In this document: one piece after another, positions 12,907 to 32,040 of the stretch
Position numbering within the stretch: position 1 is the first letter of the stretch
How the letters are laid out: each line of letters opens with the position of its first letter
Assembly (NCBI RefSeq): GCF_022846255.1
Contig: NZ_AP025682.1
Strand: one strand, 5' to 3'
Length of the DNA stretch: 64,000 nucleotides
Source of the DNA: Escherichia coli
Lineage (GTDB): Bacteria; Pseudomonadota; Gammaproteobacteria; Enterobacterales; Enterobacteriaceae
Notes under the pieces: generated by a model
Seen by the model: only the letters and a program-made list of their open reading frames with translations
Databases searched by the model: none
Told to the model about the DNA's origin: nothing
Position numbers and translations under genes: made by a program

Positions 12907-13566
12907 ATGGGGATGGAAAACTACAATCCGCCGCAGGACCCCTGGCTGATTGTCCTGTATCAGGATGACCATATTATGGTGGTCAACAAGCCGAGCGGTT
13001 TGTTGTCTGTGCCGGGGCGTCTGGAAGAGCACAAAGACAGCGTGATGACGCGCATTCAGCGTGATTATCCGCAGGCAGAATCGGTGCATCGTCTGGATAT
13101 GGCTACCAGCGGCGTGATTGTAGTGGCGCTGACCAAAGCCGCGGAGCGGGAGTTAAAACGCCAGTTCCGCGAGCGCGAGCCGAAAAAACAGTATGTGGCC
13201 CGCGTCTGGGGGCATCCATCCCCTGCGGAAGGTCTGGTGGATCTGCCGCTGATTTGCGACTGGCCAAACCGCCCGAAACAGAAAGTCTGTTACGAAACAG
13301 GTAAACCTGCGCAGACGGAGTATGAAGTGGTGGAATATGCGGCGGATAACACGGCAAGAGTGGTGTTAAAACCGATTACCGGGCGTTCGCATCAGCTGCG
13401 TGTGCATATGCTGGCGCTGGGCCATCCGATTCTCGGCGATCGTTTTTATGCATCACCAGAAGCGAGAGCAATAGCACCACGTTTGTTGCTACATGCAGAG
13501 ATGCTGACGATTACCCATCCGGCGTATGGCAATAGTATGACGTTTAAAGCACCAGCGGATTTTTAA
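12907..13566 (+). CDS. rluA: rRNA/tRNA pseudouridine synthase A
   Basis: 219 aa ORF MGMENYNPPQDPWLIVLYQDDHIMVVNKPSGLLSVPG... Confidence 0.95.
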   Translation: MGMENYNPPQDPWLIVLYQDDHIMVVNKPSGLLSVPGRLEEHKDSVMTRIQRDYPQAESVHRLDMATSGVIVVALTKAAERELKRQFREREPKKQYVARVWGHPSPAEGLVDLPLICDWPNRPKQKVCYETGKPAQTEYEVVEYAADNTARVVLKPITGRSHQLRVHMLALGHPILGDRFYASPEARAIAPRLLLHAEMLTITHPAYGNSMTFKAPADF

Positions 13567-13589
13567 TAGTCACGCTGGCGAAGTTCGAT

Positions 13590-13680
13590 AGGCCGGAGAA
13601 GGCGTTCACGCCGCATCCGGCAATTTTGCGCCGATTGCCTGATGCGACGCGGGCCGCGTCTTATCAGGCCTACACGTTGA
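13590..13680. repeat. REP element(s) between rluA and djlA
   Basis: gccgcatccggca...gcctgatgcgacgc...cttatcaggcctacacg palindromic units. Confidence 0.8.
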
Positions 13681-13683
13681 AAC

Positions 13684-14499
13684 TTATTTAAACCCTTTCT
13701 GCTGCTTTATCAGCTCATAGGCCTGCTGAATTTCCTGCGCTTTCTGCTTCGCCATCTCCATCATCTCTGGCGGCAAACCTTTCGCCACCAACTTATCGGG
13801 ATGGTGTTCACTCATCAGCTTACGGTAGGCACGTTTGATGGTGGTCGCATCATCCGTCGGCTTCACGCCCAGCACATTACAGGCATCTTCCAGCGTCGGG
13901 CCACGCTGCGCTTGCTGCCAGTTACCACCGCCAGATTGCTGCTGATAACCGCCGCCAAACTGTGCACCGCCCTGCATCATGCGCAAAAACTGGTCAAACT
14001 GGGCGCGGGAGATGCCTAACTCTTCGGCAATGACATACAGCACCGCCCGTTCATTCGGGTGCAGTGAACCATCAGCAAACGCCGCCTGAATCTGGATCTC
14101 CAGAAACATACGAATTAAGTCAAAACGACCAAAGCAGACACTGCGAAACTGGCGCATCTTTTCGCGCAGCGGGTAATTGTCTGATTTTCCCACCCGGAAT
14201 GCATTTTGCGCCGCAGTACGGGAAGCGCCATGCAGATTCATTCGGTCCATCAACTGACTGGCGATATGAATATCAGCCTCCGTGACGCGACCTTTGGATT
14301 TGGTTAAATGGCCCATCACTTCAAAAGTGGTGGCAAAAAACAGCGCCTGACGCTCACGCTGGTTGGCGAACCACGCCATTTTACGGCTACGGGCTTTATC
14401 AAACATATGGCCAATTAACAGGCCCAATACTACGCCCCAAAAGCCGCCGCCCATTATTAAGGCCACGGCCACGCCAATGATTTTTCCCCAATACTGCAT
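13684..14499 (-). CDS. djlA: DnaJ-like co-chaperone DjlA (271 aa; ORF track extends N-terminally)
   Basis: Protein from [38 protein letters not shown]... to J-domain (HPDK) at C-terminus. Confidence 0.93.
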   Translation of the reverse strand: MQYWGKIIGVAVALIMGGGFWGVVLGLLIGHMFDKARSRKMAWFANQRERQALFFATTFEVMGHLTKSKGRVTEADIHIASQLMDRMNLHGASRTAAQNAFRVGKSDNYPLREKMRQFRSVCFGRFDLIRMFLEIQIQAAFADGSLHPNERAVLYVIAEELGISRAQFDQFLRMMQGGAQFGGGYQQQSGGGNWQQAQRGPTLEDACNVLGVKPTDDATTIKRAYRKLMSEHHPDKLVAKGLPPEMMEMAKQKAQEIQQAYELIKQQKGFK

Positions 14500-14753
14500 A
14501 TATTCCCCAAATCGACACACGGATATCAGGGCTATCTCCCACAATATAAAGGCGCTTTTACCCATTTCTGGCTGCGGTCTATTGTGAGACATCGCCTATA
14601 ATTTGCATTATCATACCTGTCATTCAATGCCGTGCCTAACACCACAGACGCTATTCGGACAGGATTAACACTAGCGTAGAGATGACGAGTACGTTAGTCT
14701 CTGACCGTTTGTCACGCGCAACGTTACCGATGATGGAACAATAAAATCAACGT

Positions 14754-17108
14754 ATGAAAAAACGTATCCCCACTCTCCTGGCCACCATGATTGCCACCGC
14801 CCTTTATAGTCAACAGGGACTGGCAGCCGACCTCGCCTCACAGTGCATGTTGGGCGTGCCAAGCTATGACCGTCCTCTGGTACAGGGCGATACCAATGAC
14901 TTACCCGTGACTATCAATGCTGACCACGCGAAAGGGGACTACCCGGATGACGCCGTGTTTACTGGCAGCGTGGATATCATGCAGGGTAACAGCCGTCTGC
15001 AGGCCGACGAAGTGCAGCTTCATCAAAAAGAGGCACCAGGACAACCGGAGCCGGTACGTACCGTTGATGCGCTCGGTAATGTCCATTACGACGATAACCA
15101 GGTGATCCTCAAAGGGCCGAAAGGCTGGGCGAATCTGAACACCAAAGATACCAACGTCTGGGAGGGTGATTACCAGATGGTGGGTCGCCAGGGTCGCGGT
15201 AAAGCGGACCTGATGAAACAACGTGGCGAAAACCGCTATACCATTCTGGATAACGGTAGCTTTACCTCCTGTCTGCCGGGTTCTGACACCTGGAGCGTGG
15301 TAGGTAGCGAAATTATTCATGACCGCGAAGAACAAGTTGCGGAGATCTGGAACGCCCGCTTTAAGGTGGGTCCGGTACCGATCTTTTATAGCCCGTATTT
15401 GCAGTTGCCGGTGGGTGACAAACGTCGCTCTGGTTTCTTGATCCCGAACGCCAAGTACACCACCACCAACTACTTTGAGTTCTACCTGCCATATTACTGG
15501 AACATCGCGCCAAATATGGATGCCACCATCACGCCGCATTATATGCATCGTCGTGGCAACATCATGTGGGAGAACGAATTCCGCTACCTCTCCCAGGCGG
15601 GCGCTGGCTTGATGGAACTGGACTATCTGCCTTCAGATAAAGTCTATAAAGATGAACACCCGAACGATGACAGTTCACGTCGTTGGTTGTTCTACTGGAA
15701 ACACTCCGGGGTCATGGATCAGGTGTGGCGTTTCAACGTCGACTACACCAAAGTCAGCGATCCTAGCTACTTCAATGACTTCGATAACAAATACGGTTCC
15801 AGTACCGACGGCTACGCAACGCAAAAATTCAGCATTGGTTATGCGGTGCAAAACTTCAATGCCACCGTTTCAACCAAGCAGTTCCAGGTCTTCAGCGAGC
15901 AGAACACCAGTAGCTACTCGGCAGAACCGCAGTTAGACGTTAACTACTATCAAAACGATGTCGGTCCTTTCGATACGCGAATTTACGGCCAGGCGGTGCA
16001 CTTTGTTAACACCAGAGATGACATGCCAGAGGCGACTCGTGTTCACCTGGAACCGACCATCAATCTGCCGCTCTCTAATAACTGGGGCAGCATCAATACT
16101 GAAGCGAAGTTGCTGGCAACCCATTATCAGCAAACCAATCTTGACTGGTATAACTCCAGAAACACGACCAGGCTGGCAGAGTCCGCTAACCGTGTAATGC
16201 CGCAGTTCAAGGTAGACGGTAGAATGGTCTTCGAGCGTGATATGGAAATGCTGGCGCCGGGCTATACCCAGACACTGGAACCACGCGCGCAGTATCTGTA
16301 TGTGCCATATCGCGATCAGAGCAAAATCTATAACTACGACTCGTCTCTGCTGCAATCTGACTACTCCGGCCTGTTCCGGGACCGGACTTACGGCGGTCTT
16401 GACCGTATTGCCTCCGCTAACCAGGTGACGACCGGTGTCACATCTCGCATATATGATGATGCTGCCGTTGAACGTTTTAATATTTCCGTTGGTCAAATCT
16501 ACTATTTCACGGAGTCTCGCACTGGCGATGACAACATAACATGGGAGAATGACGACAAAACGGGCTCACTGGTATGGGCAGGCGATACTTACTGGCGCAT
16601 CTCTGATCGTTGGGGATTGCGTGGCGGGATTCAGTACGATACACGTCTGGATAACGTAGCGACCAGTAACTCCAGCATTGAATACCGTCGGGATGAAGAC
16701 CGTCTGGTACAGCTGAATTACCGTTACGCCAGCCCGGAATATATTCAGGCAACGCTGCCTAAGTACTATTCCACTGCTGAGCAATATAAGAATGGTATTT
16801 CGCAGGTAGGTGCCGTCGCCAGCTGGCCAATTGCCGATCGTTGGTCCATTGTTGGGGCCTACTACTACGACACCAATGCGAACAAGCAAGCCGACTCTAT
16901 GTTAGGTGTGCAATACAGCTCCTGCTGCTATGCGATTCGCGTCGGTTACGAGCGGAAGCTGAACGGTTGGGATAACGATAAACAACATGCGGTATATGAC
17001 AACGCAATCGGCTTTAACATCGAACTTCGCGGCCTGAGCTCCAACTACGGTCTGGGTACGCAAGAGATGCTGCGTTCGAACATTCTGCCGTATCAAAACA
17101 CTTTGTGA
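14754..17108 (+). CDS. lptD: LPS-assembly outer membrane protein LptD (Imp/OstA)
   Basis: 784 aa [39 protein letters not shown]... Confidence 0.96.
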   Translation: MKKRIPTLLATMIATALYSQQGLAADLASQCMLGVPSYDRPLVQGDTNDLPVTINADHAKGDYPDDAVFTGSVDIMQGNSRLQADEVQLHQKEAPGQPEPVRTVDALGNVHYDDNQVILKGPKGWANLNTKDTNVWEGDYQMVGRQGRGKADLMKQRGENRYTILDNGSFTSCLPGSDTWSVVGSEIIHDREEQVAEIWNARFKVGPVPIFYSPYLQLPVGDKRRSGFLIPNAKYTTTNYFEFYLPYYWNIAPNMDATITPHYMHRRGNIMWENEFRYLSQAGAGLMELDYLPSDKVYKDEHPNDDSSRRWLFYWKHSGVMDQVWRFNVDYTKVSDPSYFNDFDNKYGSSTDGYATQKFSIGYAVQNFNATVSTKQFQVFSEQNTSSYSAEPQLDVNYYQNDVGPFDTRIYGQAVHFVNTRDDMPEATRVHLEPTINLPLSNNWGSINTEAKLLATHYQQTNLDWYNSRNTTRLAESANRVMPQFKVDGRMVFERDMEMLAPGYTQTLEPRAQYLYVPYRDQSKIYNYDSSLLQSDYSGLFRDRTYGGLDRIASANQVTTGVTSRIYDDAAVERFNISVGQIYYFTESRTGDDNITWENDDKTGSLVWAGDTYWRISDRWGLRGGIQYDTRLDNVATSNSSIEYRRDEDRLVQLNYRYASPEYIQATLPKYYSTAEQYKNGISQVGAVASWPIADRWSIVGAYYYDTNANKQADSMLGVQYSSCCYAIRVGYERKLNGWDNDKQHAVYDNAIGFNIELRGLSSNYGLGTQEMLRSNILPYQNTL

Positions 17109-17160
17109 TTTGTTGATTTACCACGTAATCCGCAGTGCGGTTAATTGAAATGGAAAAAGT

Positions 17161-20254
<3,094 letters not shown>

Positions 20255-20256
20255 CG

Positions 20257-20634
20257 ATGATCAATTCGCCCCGAGTGTGTATTCAGGTTCAAAGCGTCTA
20301 CATTGAGGCCCAATCTTCACCTGATAATGAACGTTACGTTTTTGCTTATACCGTAACCATACGCAATCTGGGGCGAGCGCCAGTGCAGTTGTTGGGGCGT
20401 TACTGGCTGATCACCAATGGCAATGGCCGTGAAACCGAAGTCCAGGGCGAAGGAGTGGTTGGCGTCCAGCCACTTATCGCGCCTGGCGAAGAGTACCAGT
20501 ACACCAGCGGTGCAATCATTGAAACCCCGCTGGGCACCATGCAGGGTCACTACGAAATGATCGATGAAAATGGCGTCCCTTTCAGCATCGACATTCCCGT
20601 ATTCCGACTCGCCGTTCCCACACTCATTCATTAA
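20257..20634 (+). CDS. apaG: ApaG (125 aa; ORF track extends upstream)
   Basis: [39 protein letters not shown]... Confidence 0.93.
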   Translation: MINSPRVCIQVQSVYIEAQSSPDNERYVFAYTVTIRNLGRAPVQLLGRYWLITNGNGRETEVQGEGVVGVQPLIAPGEEYQYTSGAIIETPLGTMQGHYEMIDENGVPFSIDIPVFRLAVPTLIH

Positions 20635-20640
20635 AAGAAT

Positions 20641-21489
20641 ATGGCGACATACCTTATTGGCGACGTTCATGGTTGTTACGATGAACTGATCGCATTGCTG
20701 CATAAAGTAGAATTTACCCCTGGGAAAGATACCCTCTGGCTGACGGGCGATCTGGTCGCGCGCGGCCCGGGTTCGCTGGATGTTCTGCGCTATGTGAAAT
20801 CCTTAGGCGACAGCGTACGTCTGGTGCTGGGTAATCACGATCTGCATCTGCTGGCGGTATTTGCCGGGATCAGCCGCAATAAACCGAAAGATCGCCTGAC
20901 ACCGCTGCTGGAAGCGCCGGATGCCGACGAGCTGCTTAACTGGCTGCGTCGCCAGCCTTTGCTGCAAATCGACGAAGAGAAAAAGTTGGTGATGGCCCAC
21001 GCAGGGATCACGCCGCAGTGGGATCTGCAGACCGCCAAAGAGTGCGCGCGCGATGTAGAAGCGGTGCTGTCGAGTGACTCCTATCCCTTCTTCCTTGATG
21101 CCATGTACGGCGATATGCCAAATAACTGGTCACCGGAATTGCGGGGGCTGGGAAGACTGCGTTTTATCACCAACGCCTTTACCCGTATGCGTTTTTGCTT
21201 CCCGAACGGTCAACTGGATATGTACAGCAAAGAATCGCCGGAAGAGGCCCCTGCCCCACTGAAACCGTGGTTTGCGATTCCTGGCCCCGTTGCTGAAGAG
21301 TACAACATCGCCTTTGGTCACTGGGCATCGCTGGAAGGCAAAGGTACGCCGGAAGGTATTTACGCGCTGGATACCGGCTGCTGCTGGGGTGGTACATTAA
21401 CCTGCCTGCGCTGGGAAGATAAACAGTATTTTGTCCAGCCGTCGAACCGGCATAAGGATTTGAGTGAGGGAGAGGCGGTAGCGTCTTAA
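20641..21489 (+). CDS. apaH: Bis(5'-nucleosyl)-tetraphosphatase (symmetrical) ApaH
   Basis: 282 aa [46 protein letters not shown]... (metallophosphoesterase motifs GDVHG, GDLVARG, GNHD). Confidence 0.95.
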   Translation: MATYLIGDVHGCYDELIALLHKVEFTPGKDTLWLTGDLVARGPGSLDVLRYVKSLGDSVRLVLGNHDLHLLAVFAGISRNKPKDRLTPLLEAPDADELLNWLRRQPLLQIDEEKKLVMAHAGITPQWDLQTAKECARDVEAVLSSDSYPFFLDAMYGDMPNNWSPELRGLGRLRFITNAFTRMRFCFPNGQLDMYSKESPEEAPAPLKPWFAIPGPVAEEYNIAFGHWASLEGKGTPEGIYALDTGCCWGGTLTCLRWEDKQYFVQPSNRHKDLSEGEAVAS

Positions 21490-21800
21490 ATCCCGTCGAG
21501 CATAAAATCTAATGCTCCTTTAATCAACGTTCGGTGCGCGCTGGCATCGCAAAATTTCGTTCCCAGCGCGTTAACTGGAACAGTTGCAGTCTCATGCGTC
21601 ATGAGCACATATTCTTTGCCGTCTACCAGTAAAAGGATTGGGTTAAGCCGTTCTGGTGGGCGAATACGGCTAAATCGTTCAATAGGTGTTAATGGAATAA
21701 CGATACGGCGATTAATCTCACCAATAATGTCGCTGGTAACATCAATAACAAAGGGAAACGCGGCGTTCCTGCCGCGACTGCGGTATACCGTAAATTGCAT
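21486..21800 (-). CDS. ccdB: CcdB-family toxin (gyrase poison), chromosomal copy
   Basis: 104 aa [37 protein letters not shown]... aligns with F-plasmid CcdB ([33 protein letters not shown]); immediately downstream of ccdA. Confidence 0.85.
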   Translation of the reverse strand: MQFTVYRSRGRNAAFPFVIDVTSDIIGEINRRIVIPLTPIERFSRIRPPERLNPILLLVDGKEYVLMTHETATVPVNALGTKFCDASAHRTLIKGALDFMLDGI

Positions 21801-21802
21801 CG

Positions 21803-22036
21803 CTAGAAGCTCCGGTACTCATCAGAGAAACATCCGGTTTCATCAGCCAATTGATTTAACGCAGCGATAGCTTCTGCGTTCTCTTCACGCCAACGTGTTG
21901 CTGCATGTTTTTTAAGTTCAGCATTGAGCGCAACCGTAAGGGTGGCGCTCATATTTAAGCCTGCATCACGAGCGCGATTGACTAACTCACGGTCGACGGT
22001 GACGGTCACACTTTGTGTGGTACGTTTTGCAGTCAT
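21803..22036 (-). CDS. ccdA: CcdA-family antitoxin
   Basis: 77 aa MTAKRTTQSVTVTVDRELVNRARDAGLNMSATLTVALNAELKK...; 2-bp gap to ccdB. Confidence 0.8.
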   Translation of the reverse strand: MTAKRTTQSVTVTVDRELVNRARDAGLNMSATLTVALNAELKKHAATRWREENAEAIAALNQLADETGCFSDEYRSF

Positions 22037-22121
22037 GATCTCGTGCTCCTGTACAATTTATACGTCTAGTATACACGGATATCTGCACGTATCAGTGATG
22101 CCGGAATTCTAATATACAAAA
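22037..22121 (-). promoter_or_regulatory. Putative ccdAB promoter/operator (short palindromes TGTACA, GTATAC)
   Basis: ctgtacaatttatacgtctagtatacacgg immediately upstream of ccdA start; exact operator not verified. Confidence 0.4.
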
Positions 22122-24647
<2,526 letters not shown>

Positions 24648-24655
<8 letters not shown>

Positions 24656-25178
24656 GATGTGCCTCCTGCCATTCCAGCAGACGTTGCTTATAGTGCCGCG
24701 CCTGCCCTTCGAGGGTTTCGTCGTCACAAATAAAGGTGCAGTGCATGGCAAACGGTGGCAGCCAGTTCAGCCCGCAGTAGATTGCCGTCGCCTGTAGCGG
24801 CTGCGACAGCACATCAAAGCCCGGATGCGCACCAATCTCAAAATGGCTTTCCCCGCCGCCGGTCGTCACCGCCCACAGCAAATGTTTGCCGTGCAGCGCC
24901 GTGCCGCCGTGACCGTAAGCCCATCCGTGCGAGAAAACTTTATCGATCCAAAGTTTGAGGAGCGGAGGAATGCTGTACCACTGCATCGGGTGCTGCCAGA
25001 CGATCAGATCGGCACGAGACAGCGCCTCCTGTTCGGCGGCAATGTCGATATTGAAGTCAGGATAGAGTTGATAAAGAGAGCGAATTTCGACGCCTTCCAG
25101 CGTCCTTGCCTGTTCAAGCATCCGTTTATTCGCATGGGAATGATGCGGATATGGATGCGCATAAATTATAAGAATCAT
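24648..25178 (-). CDS. kefF: KefC ancillary protein / quinone oxidoreductase KefF
   Basis: 176 aa [42 protein letters not shown]...; overlaps kefC start. Confidence 0.94.
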
Positions 25179-25285
25179 AGGTAGCCCGCGTGATTACGCC
25201 TTTGTTTTCCCACAAAGTGTAGTCATATATTCACGCAGCTTATAGTCAATAATATTGATTCAGAAAAGAGAGAAATCTGAACAAA

Positions 25286-26617
25286 TTACCCCATTCTCTG
25301 CCCGCGGATCGTCATATTGCTGGTCTGCGCCAGTGACATCCCTCGAGTCTCCGGGGCAAACGCTACGGAAATCAACAAGCCAAACAGCGAGATACCCGCC
25401 CCCATTAGCATCGTGTTACTGATACCGTAATTATTGATAAAGATCGGCAGTGCCCAGGTCGATACAATAGTGCCAATACGGCTTAAGGACATAATCACGC
25501 CCACGGCAGAGGCGCGGATATCCGTCGGGAAGAGTTCATTAGGATAGAGCCACTGCAAATTACCCGGCCCACCAGAGAAAAAGGCATACACCGCAAAGGC
25601 CATCACTACCAGCCAGATCCCCATATCCGGGATCAGCCCCAAAACCGCCAGCGCCAGCGTCATCATGGCAAAGCTGCCAATCAACAATGGACGCCGTCCG
25701 GCAGTGTTTAGCCACAGCATCGGCGGAATACAGCCGAGCATAAAGAACAGACTAATCACCACGTTCCCCAGCGCCGCGTTTTTGCCAACCCCCAATCCTA
25801 ACAAACCAACGATTTGCGGGCCAAAGGTGTAAATGGCGAACATTGGGATCACCTGGCAGGTCCAGATGGCGGCAACAAACAGAACAAAAGGAAAATGGCG
25901 GCGATTAAACAGATCGCGAAAACGGGTTTGCTGCGGCTGCTCTTCCTCGAAAGCCACCGGTTCGCCAAACAGTTTTATCATCATCTCTTCGCACTCTTTT
26001 ACTCGCCCTTTGCGTAACAACCAGCGGGGAGATTCAGGCAGTTCGAATCGACCAATCAAAATCAATAAACAGGGAATCGCTGCGCTACCCAGCATCCAGC
26101 GCCAGCCGCCTTCCACATCATAAAGCCAATAGCCGACCAAATCGGCGCAGGTCGCGCCGACATACCACATCGCGGCGATAAAGCTGATGGAAAACGCCCG
26201 CTGACGGGTACTGGAGAACTCGGTGATCATTGAGGTGGCGATGGGATAATCCGCACCGATAACAATGCCGATAAGTACCCGCATCACCAACAGTTCGACG
26301 GGGGATGAGACAAACATCGTCGCCACCGATATCACGCCGATGGCGATGATATCAATGAGGAACATTTTGCGCCGTCCGACTTTATCGGAGATATAGCCAA
26401 ACAGCGATGTGCCAACGAACAGCCCGGCGAGCGTTCCCGCGCCCAGCAAGCCAATCCAGTCAGCGTCCAGTTTCAGCGCCGGAGTCAGTTGCTCCAGCGC
26501 CACGCCAATCATTACCAGTACATAACCATCCAGAAACGGACCACCGCTTCCCCACAGCAAAATGCGGCGGTGAATAGAGGAGAATTTAAGATCATCAAAG
26601 TTTCTGGACGGTTGCAT
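25286..26617 (-). CDS. yaaU: Putative MFS sugar/metabolite transporter YaaU
   Basis: 443 aa, 12 predicted TM segments, MFS motifs (..GRRKMF..), position downstream of fixX as in K-12. Confidence 0.85.
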   Translation of the reverse strand: MQPSRNFDDLKFSSIHRRILLWGSGGPFLDGYVLVMIGVALEQLTPALKLDADWIGLLGAGTLAGLFVGTSLFGYISDKVGRRKMFLIDIIAIGVISVATMFVSSPVELLVMRVLIGIVIGADYPIATSMITEFSSTRQRAFSISFIAAMWYVGATCADLVGYWLYDVEGGWRWMLGSAAIPCLLILIGRFELPESPRWLLRKGRVKECEEMMIKLFGEPVAFEEEQPQQTRFRDLFNRRHFPFVLFVAAIWTCQVIPMFAIYTFGPQIVGLLGLGVGKNAALGNVVISLFFMLGCIPPMLWLNTAGRRPLLIGSFAMMTLALAVLGLIPDMGIWLVVMAFAVYAFFSGGPGNLQWLYPNELFPTDIRASAVGVIMSLSRIGTIVSTWALPIFINNYGISNTMLMGAGISLFGLLISVAFAPETRGMSLAQTSNMTIRGQRMG

Positions 26618-26675
26618 GGGTTATTCCTGTTTTTTTGCAATGAGAGTCAGTACGGCATTACGTATCAAACCAACA

Positions 26676-26963
26676 TCAGCCGTAACGGAACTCCACACCA
26701 AAGGTGCCGCGCGGGTATTCCCACTGTTCCAGCGCCGACCCCAGCCCCAGAATGCGACAGGTGCCGCACTCCAGACATCCGGCGTAATCGAAGCGCACAC
26801 TGCCGTCATCCTGCTTCTTGTACAGACCTGCGGGGCACGCTTTCACCAGCAGCTCCAGGGCCTGTTTATCGGCATCGGCCTTCATAACAATGTGCGGATG
26901 CTCTTCATCGACATTGAATTTATTGACGCCCAGTTTGACGTCCACATTGACGGGAGAAGTCAT
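26676..26963 (-). CDS. fixX: Ferredoxin-like protein FixX
   Basis: 95 aa with Cys cluster (..AGCLECGTCRILG..). Confidence 0.9.
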   Translation of the reverse strand: MTSPVNVDVKLGVNKFNVDEEHPHIVMKADADKQALELLVKACPAGLYKKQDDGSVRFDYAGCLECGTCRILGLGSALEQWEYPRGTFGVEFRYG

Positions 26964-28246
26964 AAAACGGTCACTCCTTTCATGCCATCCTTGATCAGAT
27001 TGATGAAGCCCACTTTCTTGCCGTGGCGGAGGATTTTCTTGCGCATCAGTTCCGGCGCACTGCCGTCAATGGTGAACAGGTCACGCGCCACGCCCACCGC
27101 CAGTTCCGGGTAGCCGCTAAACATGCGTGGGTTATCAAGGAACGCCGGTAGTTTCTGGTACATGCGCATATCGCGCAGCGGGCCACTCTCAAGATGCTGA
27201 CGATATTCCGCGAGTTTTTGCTTACTGAAATCGTCGCTTTTCATCGCTGAAAGCACAGTTTTTGCTGCTGCTTCCCCGGCGGCAATCGCCAGATCCATAC
27301 CGCGAATGGTAAAACCGAGGTTCATACACATTCCGGCAGCATCACCGGCAATCAATACGCCGTCACCAACCAACTCCGGCAGCATGTTGATACCTGCTTC
27401 CGGCACTACGTGAGCGGAATATTCCACCAGCTTGCCGCCCGCGATCAGCGGTGCAACGGCCGGATGTTGTTTGAAATCTTCCAGCATTTGCGGCACCGAT
27501 TTTTTTGCGTCATGCAGATGATGCAAACCACAAACCAGCCCCAGCGACAGGGTATTTTCATTGGTATAAAGGAAGCCACCGCCCATCAGGCCATCGGTGG
27601 GTGATCCCGCAAACAGGCAAGCCGCGCCCTGATTACCCTGCAACTGAAAACGGTCTTCGATAACCGACTTCGGTAACTCGATCAGTTCCTTCACGCCAAC
27701 CGCCACATCCGTCGGTTTAACGCGTTTTGCCATCCCCAGCTTTTCGGCAAGGATGGAATTCACCCCATCAGCAAGGATCACCGTTTTCGCTTCAATCACA
27801 TCGCCATCGGCTTCTACACCGACGACTTTGCCATCGCGCTGTACGAGGTTATCGACGCGGATCCCGGTAATTAACTGCGCGCCCGCTTCTTCGGCCTGCT
27901 CCATCAGCCAGGCATCAAATTTACTGCGCAAAACGGAGTAAGAACGCTGGGATGGCGAGGTTTCGTCGCCGTTGCAGTAGTCCATAGTCATCGCTGACTT
28001 CTCCGTCATAAACGCAAGTTTTTCATGGGTGATCAGGCGTTCTACGGGGGCGGAGTCAGCGAAACCAGGAATAATGTGTTCCAGACTGTGGGCATAGAGA
28101 CGCCCGCCGGTGACGTTCTTGGCACCTGCGGAATTGCCTCGCTCGATAACTAACACTTGCGCACCTTCGCGGGCGAGCACCAGTGCGGCAACCGAACCGG
28201 CAAGCCCTGCACCGACGATGATGGCGTCAAAGATATCTTCGGACAT
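26960..28246 (-). CDS. fixC: Electron-transfer flavoprotein-quinone oxidoreductase FixC
   Basis: 428 aa MSEDIFDAIIVGAGLAGSVAALVLAREGAQVLVIERG... (FAD-binding GxGxxG). Confidence 0.94.
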   Translation of the reverse strand: MSEDIFDAIIVGAGLAGSVAALVLAREGAQVLVIERGNSAGAKNVTGGRLYAHSLEHIIPGFADSAPVERLITHEKLAFMTEKSAMTMDYCNGDETSPSQRSYSVLRSKFDAWLMEQAEEAGAQLITGIRVDNLVQRDGKVVGVEADGDVIEAKTVILADGVNSILAEKLGMAKRVKPTDVAVGVKELIELPKSVIEDRFQLQGNQGAACLFAGSPTDGLMGGGFLYTNENTLSLGLVCGLHHLHDAKKSVPQMLEDFKQHPAVAPLIAGGKLVEYSAHVVPEAGINMLPELVGDGVLIAGDAAGMCMNLGFTIRGMDLAIAAGEAAAKTVLSAMKSDDFSKQKLAEYRQHLESGPLRDMRMYQKLPAFLDNPRMFSGYPELAVGVARDLFTIDGSAPELMRKKILRHGKKVGFINLIKDGMKGVTVL

Positions 28247-28296
28247 AAGAGCTCCCTGTCAGCGGCAGGGCCAAAATGCAGCCCTACCAGAGTGGA

Positions 28297-29238
28297 TCAA
28301 CGCGCTAAAGCTGCGGTCAGTGCCGGAAGGATCTTCACGGCGTCGCCAACAATGCCGTAATCCGCGAACTGGAAGATCGGCGCATTTTTATCTTTGTTGA
28401 TGGCGAAAATGGTTTGCGACGCATTAGCGCCAACCATGTGCTGGATCTGCCCGGAGATCCCCACCGCCAGGTACAGTTCAGGTTTCAGCATCAGGTTGGA
28501 GATACCGACATAGCGTTCGTGCTCCATCCATTTTTCGTTTTCCGCCACCGGACGAGAACAGGCCAACTCCGCACCTATCGCCTTGCAAAGCTGTTCTGCC
28601 AGCGCAATGTTCTCTTTGCTGCCAATACCGCGACCAACGCTGACCACCAGGCGGGCTTTGTCGAGATCGACGCTGTTGCTCTGACGCGCCTGGGTTGCCG
28701 TGCGGGTAATCGCCACAGCCGGAGCCTGCCACTCCACGGTGTGCGTTTCGCCAGTGCGTGACGCGTCTGGCTGAGCCGCATCGAACGTGCCGCTGCTGAT
28801 GGTCAGTACCGCATACGGCGTGGCAATGCGTTCTTCGCCAATCGCCAGACCGCCGTAAACCATGTGTTTCACTGTCGCTTTACCGTCCTGCACGCTAACA
28901 GCGCTGGCATCGTTAGACACCGCCGCGTTAAGGCGGTAACCCAGTTTCGCCGCCAGTAATTTGCCGCGACGGGTGTTTGGCAACAGCACCAGACCGTCTG
29001 CGCCGTGCTGGCGAATAGTGTCAGCCATGACACCGGCGTAATCTTCGATCATCCGCTCGTCCGGTTTGCCGCTTAATTTCCAGACATGATTAGCGCCGAG
29101 CTGGATTGCCTGTGTGCCGTCGGCATCATTGAGGACGAACGTGTTGATTTGATTAGCTAAAGCCTGCACACCGTTCATCAGTTCCGGCAGACGAGAAGGG
29201 GTATCGCTGAATACCCAGACTTGAGAAAACGTGTTCAT
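28297..29238 (-). CDS. fixB: Electron transfer flavoprotein alpha subunit FixB
   Basis: 313 aa [30 protein letters not shown]... Confidence 0.94.
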   Translation of the reverse strand: MNTFSQVWVFSDTPSRLPELMNGVQALANQINTFVLNDADGTQAIQLGANHVWKLSGKPDERMIEDYAGVMADTIRQHGADGLVLLPNTRRGKLLAAKLGYRLNAAVSNDASAVSVQDGKATVKHMVYGGLAIGEERIATPYAVLTISSGTFDAAQPDASRTGETHTVEWQAPAVAITRTATQARQSNSVDLDKARLVVSVGRGIGSKENIALAEQLCKAIGAELACSRPVAENEKWMEHERYVGISNLMLKPELYLAVGISGQIQHMVGANASQTIFAINKDKNAPIFQFADYGIVGDAVKILPALTAALAR

Positions 29239-29252
29239 AGCATCCCCTGTAA

Positions 29253-30023
29253 TTAAATGACTTTGCGAAGATTTTCAGCAAATGCGGCGATCTGTTCTTC
29301 GCCGTCGCCTTCAATCACGATGCGCTGACGCTCGCGCTGTTTCGGCGCGGCAACCTGTTGTTCTGACCAGGCTGCCTCTGCGTTAAAACCGATATCCGCC
29401 GCCGACCATACCTGGACTGGCTTTTTCGCCGCGCCGAGAATGGCTTTCATCGAAGGAATTTGTGGGGAGTTGATATCAGTGGAAACAGCAACAACCGCAG
29501 GCAGCGGAATGCTTAACGTTTCTGTTTCATCTTCCAGTTCGCGCTCAACGGTGAGGGTATCTGCCGTCAGGGAGATAATTTTGCTGACGCCGTTAACTGC
29601 CGGAATATTGAGGATTTCGCCTACCAGCAAACCAACCTGCTGGGCATAAAGGTCGGAAGAACCATCGCCACAGAGGATCAAATCAAAGCCTGCTTTCTGG
29701 GCGGCTGCAGCCAGTGCGCTCGCCGTTTGTTGCGGCAGTGCCTGCTCGAACTGGTCATCAATCACCACAATCAGTTCATCCGGACCGCGCGATAGCACAT
29801 CTTTACGCCCTTTGGCGTTGGTCAGGGCTTTACCGCCCACACTTAAGGCCGTCACCTGCGCCTCTGCTGCCTGTTGCTTTAGCTGGCAAGCCGCTTCAAT
29901 AGCGTTGAGATCGTATTGGCTTATTTTGGCATCGGCTTTGCTGAAGTCTAACGAACCATCAGCATTATTGACCGCAATATCCTGTTCATCAGGCACGCAC
30001 TTATAGCAAGTAATAATCTTCAT
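29253..30023 (-). CDS. fixA: Electron transfer flavoprotein beta subunit FixA (256 aa)
   Basis: [33 protein letters not shown]... Confidence 0.94.
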   Translation of the reverse strand: MKIITCYKCVPDEQDIAVNNADGSLDFSKADAKISQYDLNAIEAACQLKQQAAEAQVTALSVGGKALTNAKGRKDVLSRGPDELIVVIDDQFEQALPQQTASALAAAAQKAGFDLILCGDGSSDLYAQQVGLLVGEILNIPAVNGVSKIISLTADTLTVERELEDETETLSIPLPAVVAVSTDINSPQIPSMKAILGAAKKPVQVWSAADIGFNAEAAWSEQQVAAPKQRERQRIVIEGDGEEQIAAFAENLRKVI

Positions 30024-30086
30024 TGCATCTCCAGAAATCATGAAGGAAACGTCGTTCATATCGGTGGTGTTAATTACAGATATCAC

Positions 30087-32010
<1,924 letters not shown>

Positions 32011-32040
32011 TTAACCCCCAAAATATCAAGAGGTTGAAAG

